Part shown: positions 33,716 to 43,449 of the stretch, piece by piece
Layout of the letters: each line of letters opens with the position of its first letter
Position numbering within the stretch: position 1 is the stretch's first letter
Assembly: GCA_027923505.1 (NCBI GenBank)
Contig: BROI01000018.1
Coordinates: forward strand, 558,001-622,000
Length of the DNA stretch: 64,000 bases
From: Mayamaea pseudoterrestris
Lineage: Eukaryota
Direction: 5' to 3'
Notes under the pieces: generated by a model
Told to the model about the DNA's origin: nothing
The model's input: the letters and a program-made list of their open reading frames with translations, nothing else
Databases searched by the model: none
Position numbers and translations under genes: made by a program

Positions 33716-36284
33716 ATGGAACGAAACAATCCTACAGAAGCGTCTTTTGAAGGAACGAATATTAAAGGTAACTATTTAATTGGATGACGCTTGCAGATTT
33801 GCATGCAGGAAGATGCAAAACTAGGTTTACTCACGAGTCTCGCACACGCGTTTTATCTTCTTGTTTTCCTTCACAATCCAAACAGTCGCCGTCCGCATGC
33901 GTCCTTCGATCGAGAACGGCGACAATGGACAGTCCGTTTGGCGAGTTGATAAAGAGAAGAATAATGTCGTACAGTTAATCATTGGCGGAAAGCCATTGGG
34001 AAAGTCGATGCCGCATAAACACACCGTCTACTCTTTCGACAACGTCTTTGACGTCGACGCTACCTCCAAGGAAGTTTACGATGCAATTGCCAAGGATATT
34101 GTTCAAACTGCCCTCGCTGGTGTCAATGGAACAATCGTCATGTACGGTCAGTCCGGCTCTGGGAAAACCTTTACCATGCAAGGTCCTGCATTCAGAACTG
34201 TAGACTGGACCACGGAAGATGGATTCGTTCATTTTGCCGCTGCCGAAATCTTCCAGCACATTCGCGCCACACCTGAGCGCAAATTTACTGTCCGTGCGAG
34301 CGTTTTTGAAATCTATGACGAAGACATTTATGACTTGCTACCAGCGGCTACCGAAACAGTTGAAATTCGCGAGGATCCTCTTCGCGGTGTCGTCGACATT
34401 ATTTCTCAAGATGCAAAACTTTTGGATCTCAATAACTTACAAACTCTTTTAGAAGGGGCAGAGATGAAGCGGTGGGGTTTAGCGGCAGTAAACGGCAACC
34501 GTTTGTCTTCGAGTCATACTATTCTGCGCATCGCCATCGAGAGTCGAGCTTTGGCAGCGGGGTTTGCGGATCGTGCAGCCAATGAAGAGAATGGGGCAAT
34601 CATTGGTGCCTTGACATTTGCTACTTTGGATTTTGTTGCCTTGTCAAATTCCGAGGGCGTTCGTTTGACGGAAATGACTGCAAAGTCTCGCAACGAAGCA
34701 AAAATGTTTGATCAAAGGTATGTTGCTGCGAGGTGCTGGAAGTCATAACATTGTGCGCTTGACTTTACACTATTTTTGGATTTGCATAGCAGTCTAGTCG
34801 CATTTACGCAGGTCATTTCTGCCCTTGGCGATCCGAGCAGTCCGCCTGTCAGCTGTCACAACACCAAGTTGACGCGCATCCTAAAGCCATCCCTAATGGG
34901 AAATGCTCGTCTAGCAATTGTTTGCTGCGCTATCCCATCGTATCGAAATTTGAAGGCAACGCAAGCTACACTATCATTTGCAATGCGAGCGAAGCTCATC
35001 AAGACCTGCGCGCGAGTCAACGTCGAGTATGACGACAAGGCAACCATTCGCCAGTTGCGCATGGAACTTGCAGCTGCGAGTGCCGCGCGAGCCAAAGTCG
35101 AGCATGACGCCAAGGCAACCATTCACCAGTTGAGCATGAAACTTGCAGCCGCTAGTGCCGCGCGAGTCAACGTCGAGTATGACGACAAGGCAACCATTCA
35201 CCAGTTGCGCATGAAACTTGCAGCCGCTAGTGCCGCGCGAGTTGACATTGAGTCTGACGCCAAGGCAACTATTCGCCAGTTGCGCATGGAACTTGCAGCC
35301 GCGAGTGCCGCGCAAGCTGACATCCAGTATGACTCATCCTCCGCATCCTCCGCAATGCAATCTATGATTCAAAAGCCTCTTGTCAAGCAACGAGCCCAGC
35401 GCGGCGGCGTGGTGCGAAACTCTGACGCTGTGATAAAAAAAGCCTTTACTGACTTATATGAGATCAATTTTGGTGCGAGCCTAAAGAAGAGCGACGATGG
35501 ACTAACTGTCGTTTGTTCTTGCCGTCACTTGGAATCACGAAAGCTGCACCTTGTTAAGATATTCGACAATTCTGAACTGTCTGGCGAAAAAGACCGCGCA
35601 AAACTGAAGGATGAAATTTATGTGTTACGTGAATTACATGGTGCACCTCGAATCATTCAACTGGTGGAATCCTTTTGCATGGACAATGCCACGTATATGG
35701 TGATGGAGCCACTGACGGGTGATACTGTTTGGGCTCGTATGAAAAGGCAGTCTATCGCTCGATACTCTGAATATGACGCACGCCGGCTTGCTCTTGCAAT
35801 TTTATCCATCCTCGCATACTGTCACGGTAAAAAGATTGCCATTTGCAATGTCACTGCGGAATCGTTTATATGCATTGCCGACGACGACAACACGGATGTC
35901 GTGCTGGCAGACTTGTCGTGTGCGACACCACATTGTTGGATCGAAGCATTGTCGACCGTCTACAAGCCTTCCGACTACCTTTCTCCGGAAATGCTGTTCG
36001 AGCAACCAGCCTATGACTGGCGTTGTGACAACTGGAGTGTGGGAGTTCTACTACACTACACTTTGACCGGGCACTTCCCATTCCGCTCACTGGGGCAGCA
36101 GTTTATAGACGGCACCATGCTAAATGCTATTCGAAGCGGCCACTTCGCGAATGGACATTTGGAATTTGTGTCGGATGAAGGACAGAAGTTGGTTCAAGGC
36201 CTTTTAAACATTGACCCTGGTAAGCGCTGGACGGCGAACGAGGCGTTGGCGTTCGTGGAAAACTCTTGGCTCCCAACAATTTGA
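33716..36284 (+). CDS. Chimeric kinesin-7 (CENP-E-like) motor + repeated neck + CaMK-type pseudokinase; exons 33716-33767, 33886-34717, 34793(or 34790)-36284 (~791 aa; alternative ATG 33596)
   Basis: Intron GTAACT..AACAG rebuilds NIK^VAVRMRP. Motor motifs YSFDNVF, NGTIVMYGQSGSGKTFTMQG and EIYDEDIYDLL. Intron GTATGT..TAGCAG rebuilds DQ^SLVAF..TKLTRILKPSLMGNA..TLSFAMRAK. The kinase fold follows in the same exon. Confidence 0.8.
35011..35335 (+). repeat. Coding tandem repeat, 75-nt (25-aa) unit x4+ (RVNVEYDDKATIRQLRMELAAASAA)
   Basis: Units start at ~35011, 35086, 35161 and 35236, with a partial unit at 35311. Confidence 0.95.
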
Positions 36285-37040
36285 GGTGCGATTCGTTTTG
36301 GCTGTGGTACTTTGATAAATGTTACTTTGATAAATGTTGATTGCTGGCTAATGTGCTTGGGCTATATGCGCCTTATGTGAGCGACATATCCATAATAATA
36401 TATTACTATAGCATGCATATTACTCACCTATCGTTGTTCCGCTATCTATGGATGACGCAATTCTACGCACTCGCCCGTATGTCATAGTCGAGGCTTTCTG
36501 GAGGGACGCTACTGGAGGAGACGCTATGAGCTACCTGCGTCACAAACATGCTCAGCGCCAGGTGACGGTCCATATTGTAGCGGCGAGGGCGGGAGCTGAT
36601 GTAACAGTTTGGGTAGTTGAGCATGTAGACATGTACCTAGGGACAGGTTGCCGTGTTGGCCACTAATTGAACTTTGAACATCGTGAATATCAAATTCTAT
36701 GACTGCCAAAGCAAATTTCTACCTGATAATCGTTTACTTTAGTTCTAGACAATTGAAGCGTCTCCAGTGGCTCGTTATTACTATCTCATAGAAGTGCACT
36801 AATTTAATAGTCCAAACATGCAAGAGCCAACTTATTGACGTGCATGCGCGGGTTGCCGCTAGTTTCAAGTTCGGCGACGGCCAGAGCTGAAAGCATGTCA
36901 TTCACTTCTCGGTAGCGAGCATGCGTAGGACTTTTTTTTTTAAAACAAGCTCTAACGTGCTATGACCCCTGTCTTCAAAGCCAGGCTCATATTGAATGTC
37001 GATCAACATTCTAGAAACAAGGTATCGCTTGGTGACAAGC

Positions 37041-38461
37041 TCATGCGAGCGCCTTCTCAATCGCTTCATAATACAACGCTGGAAGCGGTTCGTATCGTTG
37101 GGGAAGGGTAGCGCGCAACTCGCGTGTGCGAAGGTGCTTAGCTTTACGATTATCGTCCACTTGCGCACATTCTGTGGCGCAAAGTTCCCATTCAATCAAT
37201 CGGCGCTCATTTTCATCCATCGTGGCGTAATGATCCATTTCCATCTTAAGTTGCTTGGTCTTCGCATCTTTGTCAAAATCTTTGCTGTCATCCTTCAACA
37301 TATGAAGCGTTGCCATGCGACGATCGTCATTAAAGCAGCTTGTTCCAAGGTCGCCACTCCGAGCCGACATCCAAGGGAGCTTGAGCGATGCTGCCGCATC
37401 AGGTCGCGTAAATGGGTTTTTTCCAAGAAGATCAGCGACAAACGCTTTGCCTGTAATTCGCTCTGGAGGCCAGAATTCTGACTCAAACTTGAGCTCGCAT
37501 AATAGTGTACGCAGAAAACCATTTCCATCATACGAGTTGCCAAAAGGTAGCTCTCCGCCGAGCAGCAAACATGCGACACTACCCATACTCCAAACATCGC
37601 ATTTCATGTCATATGTACGGCCAACCATCATTTCCGGGCAGATAAAGCCACCCTTGCCGTGCAAAGTTTGCAGAGTGCCGTCCAGTGGCAACACCTTGGA
37701 TGAACCGAATCGTCCAATCTTAAAGTGCAACGTTTCGTCTCCAGAAGTCACTACTCGCTGATTGAGCAGCATGAAATTTTCCAGCCGCAAATCACGAAGT
37801 ACAATTCGCCTGCAACAGCACAAAATATGTGAGCAAACCATGCGCGTGACGCCTATGTACAATAAACGAGCTTCAATATCGATCCATGGACTTACTTTTT
37901 ATGAATATACGTCAAAGCACGCAAGCCACATCGAATGACATCCCGAGCCTACTTCTCCGAAAAGTTACGATAGTCTAGCAGAAAATCCAGTAGATTTTGG
38001 CCGAGGCGCTCAAATTCAAGGAAGCAGATATTGTTGATGACTGGATACACGCCGAAAAGTTTCACAATATGGTCATTGCCTTTCAGCTGTGAAGGCCCAG
38101 CAGAACGATGAGTAAAATGGAGACGCAAGCCCATTTTGCATGTTATTACTTTAGGTAAAAGGATGGTACTTACCGCTTGAAGATTCGCAACTTCACCTGG
38201 AAGCCACTTGGAGCCAGAGTACACTTTTCGCAAGTCAATTCCTTTGACGGCGCGTTCCGTAGCATTATCCTTACGGACTCCAACGCGCACATTGGTGAAT
38301 GCGCCAAGATCTAAGGACACTGAAGAATGTCCGAATATGAAAGGACATTCCTTTGTCCTTCCTCGTTGGTGTTCGTCTTGTACCAATGTCCGAGGCTCGT
38401 ACAACGACCGACCATCTATGTCGCCCTTTTGCAGCACGCTCTTGCCCTTATTTGGGTGCAT
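37041..38461 (-). pseudogene. Degenerate CaMK-type Ser/Thr kinase gene with an in-frame TAG (37951-37949); exons 38461-38174, 38086-37896, 37809-37041
   Basis: ERAVK..EVANLQA^LKGNDHIVKL..FSEK*ARDVIRCGLRALTYIHK^KRIVLRDLRLENF..KIGRFG..FICPE..CDVWSMG. Introns GTAAGT..ACAG (87 nt) and GTAAGT..TTGCAG (86 nt). Confidence 0.78.
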
Positions 38462-39025
38462 TTTAGAAACAGCTTTATAAATCGGATTCTCTGTTGTAAT
38501 TCTTGAAAAAGTCAAAGGTTCACAAGCGCGTTAGAGTCACGAGTGAACGTGACGGTTGCTGTACAAAACGCGCGCAACGACCGAACTGAACGAACCCGTC
38601 CCTCGACCAGCGCAGAGATTCACATCTAGATTCCAACGAGATGAAAAAACGCATCGCGTTCATACTGGAAGACGCGCGCGAGGAGAAGGCCATCGACCGC
38701 CTCAAGTCGCAGCAATAAGTACACCGCCGCCTGCCGTCATTCGACACTCAGCATTCAGCCCAACAAAAAGTCACTCTTTACTCGGTACTCACCAAACGTT
38801 TCTAATTCATATGCGCGACGCAAGAATGCTCGACTGTGCTATCAAAGTAACGGGTATCTCAAAGAATTGGTACGTAGTAGCTTGAGAGTCGAAGCTGTAT
38901 ATTATAGCGACGCCATGGAAACAGAATTTGCGACGATGGCTGTTGGTGACAGCGGAATTCAAAAGTCGCACCGAGACAAAGTGCAATTCTGCTTGAAGAG
39001 TCGTACCGGTACAGATAATGCCGAA

Positions 39026-40740
39026 ATCAGAACTACGTACTTGTGGTGTTGGCCATACTCACAGTGGAGGCCGTACCCATGGTGTCAGCCTCCAGGCAGT
39101 CCTTTTTGCACCATTCGAGACTCTGCACCTGTCAATGGCATACCCTGGACTTGTTTTGCCTGACTCATTGGGTATTTTGGGTGGCCAGGGCATGGGGTGG
39201 AGACTCTGCACCTGTCAATGACAAGCATACCCTGGACATGTTTTGCCTGACTCATTGGGAATTTGGGTGGCCAGGGCATGGGGCGTTTGACAGGGAAGAA
39301 TCTGCAACTTGTGGTGTTGGCCATACCCACAGTGGAGGCCGTACTCATGCTGTCAGCCTCCAGGCAGTCCTTTTTGCACCATTTGAGACTCTGCACCTGT
39401 CAATGGCATACCCTGGACATGTTTTGCGTGACTCAATTGGTATTTGGGTGGCCAGGGCATGGGACGTTTGACAGGTCAGAATCTACAACTTGTGGTGTTG
39501 GCCATACCCACAGTGGAGGCCGTACCCATGGTGTCAGCCTCCAGGCAGTCCTTTTTGCACCATTTGAGACTCTGTACCTGTCAATGGCATACCCTGGACA
39601 TGTTTTCCCTGACTCATTGGGTATTTGGGTTGTCAGGGCATGGGGCGTTTGACAGGTCAGAATCTACAACTTGTGGTGTTGGCCATACCCACTGTGGAGG
39701 CCGAACCCATGGTGTCAGCCTCCAGGCAGTCCCTTTTGCACCATTTGAGACTCTGCACCTGTCAATGGCATACCCTGGACATGTTTTGCCTGACACATTT
39801 GGTATTTAAGTGGCCATGGCATGGGGCATTTGACAGGTCAGAATCTACAACTCGTGGTGTTGGCCATACTCACAGTGGAGGCTGTACCCATGGTGTCAGC
39901 CTCTAGGCAGTCCTTTTTGCACCATTTGAGACTCTGCACCTGTCAATGGCATACCTCGGACAGGTTTTGCCTGACTCATTTGGTATTTGGGTAGCCAGGG
40001 CATGGGGCGTTTGACAAGTAAGAATCTACAACTTGTGGTGTTGGCCATACCCACAGTGGAGGCCGTACCTATGGTGTCCGCCTCCACGCAGTCCTTTTTG
40101 CACCATTTGAGACTCTGCACCTGTCAATGGCATACCCTGGACATGTTTTGCCTGACTCATTGGGGATTTGGGTAGCCAGGGAATGGGGCGTTTGACACGT
40201 CAGAATCTACAACTTGTGGTGTTGGCCATACCCACAGTGGAGGCCGTACCCATGGTGTCAGCCTCTAGGCAGTCCTTTTTGCACCATTTGAGACTCTGCA
40301 CCTGTCACTGGCATACCCTGGACATATTTTGCATGACTCATTGGGTATTTGGGTGGCCAGAAGCCATAGCCACAGTGGAGGCTGTAACCATGATTTCAGC
40401 CTCTAGGTAGTCTTTTTTGCACCATTTGAGACTGTGCACCTGTCAATGGCATTCCCTGGACATGTTTTGCCTGACTCATTGGGTATTTGGGTGGCCAGGG
40501 CATGGGGCGTTTGACAGGTCAGAATCTATAACTTGTGGTGTTGGTCATACTCACAGTGGAGGCCTCACCCATGGTGTCAGCCTCCAGGTAGTCCTTCTCG
40601 CACCATTTTTGAGACTCAGCACCTGTCCGTGGCATACCCTGGACTGGTTTTGCCTGACTCGTTGGGTATTTGGGGGGCCAGGGCATGGGGCGTTTGACAG
40701 GTCAGAATCTATAACTTGAGGCCATACCCATGGTGTCAGC
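39026..40740. repeat. Non-coding satellite, 181-bp monomer, about 9-10 units (some with internal duplication or deletion)
   Basis: CACAGTGGAGG anchor (one unit CACTGTGGAGG) at ~39060, 39328, 39509, 39690, 39871, 40052, 40233, 40371 and 40552. The modal spacing of 181 is not a multiple of 3. Confidence 0.96.
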
Positions 40741-41392
40741 AGGCCCTGTAGGTGCCCAAATTACACCAGAATAGTGCCAACATCTTTGTTCAGGCTGCGC
40801 TACAAGATGGTAAGCTTGGCTGGTGTCTCAGGTGATGGCAATGTATTTGGTGACAACTTGTCACCATTTTCAACCCGCAGATGCTGTGACATTCAAATGC
40901 CTCTACAGCAAGCCCTGTAGGTGCCCAAAATACACCAGAATGGTGCCAACATCATTATTCAGGCTGCGCTACAAGATGGTAGGCTTGGCTGGTGTCTCAG
41001 GGGATGGCAATGTATTTGGTGACAACTTGTCACCAGTCTCAGCCAGCAGATGCCGTGACATTCAAACGCCCCTACAGCAAGCCCTGTAGGTGCCCAAAAT
41101 ACACCAGAATAGTGCCAACATCATTATTCAGGCAGCGCTACAAGATGGTAGGCTTGGCTGGTGTCTCAGAGAATGGCAATATATTTGGTGACAACTTGTC
41201 ACCAGTCCCAGCCCGCAGATGCCATGACATTCATACGCCCCTACAGCAAGCCCTGTAGGTTTCCAAAATACACCAGAATGGTGCCAACATCATGAATCAG
41301 GCTGCGCTACAAGATGGTAGGTTTGGCTGGTGTCTCAGGGGATGGCAATGTATTTGGTGACAACTTGTCACCAGTCTCAGCCCACAGGTGCC
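40741..41392. repeat. Non-coding satellite, 169-bp monomer, about 3.8 units, abutting the 181-bp array
   Basis: GCCCTGTAGGT at 40743, 40912, 41081 and 41250. Each unit carries the dyad TGGTGACAA-C-TTGTCACCA. Confidence 0.96.
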
Positions 41393-42283
41393 CCTTCGCC
41401 GACAAGCAAGACCCACAATTTTTCTTGACGAGAACTGATGACTCCGTTGCACAATGCCCTTGCTTTATTGTGGCAAGTCCTTCTCTTCCAGGCTCTTTCA
41501 GCTACTGTACCGAGCAAGACAACATCTCATGGTGATGTTATATAATCTGGATGCGTGCTTGCATTAGTGTCCTTAAAGGTCTATTACATACTATGCTGAT
41601 ATTGATCGTTAAATACAAATTCATTCCATTGCGCGAGCCAGACTGGTTTTTGAAGCCATAGACGAATACGATGCTCACATTATGCTCGTGACACATGTAA
41701 AGGTACATTACAAGAAAGTATCAAATAATGAAAGATGTGCGCCACCTTTTGGTAACGCATTCACACATTTTAATAGTAACCTGAATAACTCGCGAATGGA
41801 AAGCGAAAATTTTGTGTAAGTACGACGATGGGTCGGCCAGACGGCATCGTATTCATCGCATATGGACAACGACTACTGCGATACTACTAAACAGTATGTT
41901 AAAGAATACACAACCCTATTGAAAAAATGCGGGTAGTGCATACCGTAGTTTGTCCTTTGCCAGCGGTGCATCGTTCTGCGATCCATTGTTGGAGTGGTCG
42001 CACTGGGATCGAAGTGCGCGTCACCACCGGTGTCACGAGTCACGATTCGTGTCACTAGTCATGCCGACGCCGGTCCATCCTTTGGAAGGTATCTGATTAA
42101 AATTATCTTGAGATATGTATATCGAACTTTTCAGCGAGCCCATCCCTTTCGCCGCTGGCCGCTCGCCCTCTCCACAAGAAGTAGTGGAACCACCGACATT
42201 GCACAACTCGACCACTGCTGCTGCACCCAGCCGTATACAACAACAACTACTACCTACTACTATCACTAAATCTACCGGACGCC

Positions 42284-43144
42284 ATGGTGAGTGAAAATTT
42301 TAAGCCGATTGACTCGATGATTGTCATGAAGCGGCACACGCGAAACACGGCTGCGCTTGACGAAGTTCGCGCCGCACGCGCAGCTCGCGCCAATGACCGC
42401 CGCGGCCGCGGCGACAACACCACGGGCACGGCTGCCAAGGCGAAAGAGCGCTTCGGCTTGCAGCAGGAAACCAAAGCGGCGATGAAGCCGCGTCTCGAGG
42501 AAGCCGACGTGAACCGATTTGGAACCTTTACCTCGACCGATGGCAAGGAGCGCGCAGTCAAGGAAGTCGTCAAGGCGCGTAAGCTCATTGGAGTAGCGAA
42601 GGAGCCGTCGCAAGACAAGATCAGCGAAGTCTTTGAGAAAGCATTGAAGGCTTACAAGAAGGCAGGTATTGCTGTCGAACCGCTTTACAAGTTTGGCGAG
42701 CAGCATGGGGTGGAACGTACCGAACGTACCAACCTCAAGTATTCAAAGAAACAGGTGGACATCATTTCCGATGTCCAAGCGGAGTTTGAGAAAATCGGAA
42801 TCGATGCTCGCTCGCTCAAAGGGGAGGATGAGGACGTTCCAGCCGTCGCGACTGCTGGAGGTGGGACCGGTCTGCACGAAGGAGCTTTTGATGCGACTGC
42901 ATTTTTAAAGTTTCACCAGAAATTCGAGCCGGCGGAAGTTCCACTGCCTCCTCGCAACCAGCGTCTCGGTCGTGCTCGTGCCAACCAAAAGAAGGCCCCT
43001 GTTTCCATCAATAAAACTCTTTATCCTGACACGTTTGCTGTGGCTCGTGCTCGTTATCGTGCGGCTCGTGCCCAGACTACGGCCTCTCGGCTCCCAGCGG
43101 CTGTGGAGCATCCTTTAAAGAAGTTGAACAAGGACTCGCATTAG
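42284..43144 (+). CDS. Basic (K/R/A-rich) orphan protein
   Basis: 286-aa ATG-initiated ORF with GC-rich third positions and AT-rich flanks. No recognisable domain. Confidence 0.6.
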   Translation: MVSENFKPIDSMIVMKRHTRNTAALDEVRAARAARANDRRGRGDNTTGTAAKAKERFGLQQETKAAMKPRLEEADVNRFGTFTSTDGKERAVKEVVKARKLIGVAKEPSQDKISEVFEKALKAYKKAGIAVEPLYKFGEQHGVERTERTNLKYSKKQVDIISDVQAEFEKIGIDARSLKGEDEDVPAVATAGGGTGLHEGAFDATAFLKFHQKFEPAEVPLPPRNQRLGRARANQKKAPVSINKTLYPDTFAVARARYRAARAQTTASRLPAAVEHPLKKLNKDSH

Positions 43145-43449
43145 AGGACGACGGCGCCCAGATGGAAGGTAAAAAATTTCGAATGCGGCACGCGGCACAT
43201 GACGATACTTTGGAGGACGACGACGTCCATGATTACATGATACTTAAGTCTTAACATTATAGTTTGAACATTTATACGAAAGATTGCCTGCAGATTGCTC
43301 GTAGTTTCATCATGATACATGTCTCATGCCGTCCTTGGACCCTTCGAATGACCGCAATGAGCAAGGAATGAGCGTCGCACGGCTACTCGTTGGATGCGGC
43401 GCACCAATCATTCAGCTCGTTCCGGTTCCATCGCTTGACATTGCCTACC

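Noticed and set aside
36309..36338. 15-bp direct duplication TACTTTGATAAATGT x2
   Set aside because: Simple slippage in a 3' UTR with nothing inserted between the copies.
39018..41535. Many repetitive ORFs (60-140 aa) over the tandem arrays; possible CRISPR-like array
   Set aside because: Monomer lengths of 181 and 169 are not multiples of 3, so frames shift each unit. The units are contiguous with no unique spacers and there are no cas genes.
38700..41900. Terminal inverted repeats or TSD enclosing the satellite block
   Set aside because: None could be found by eye, so no mobile_element feature is called.
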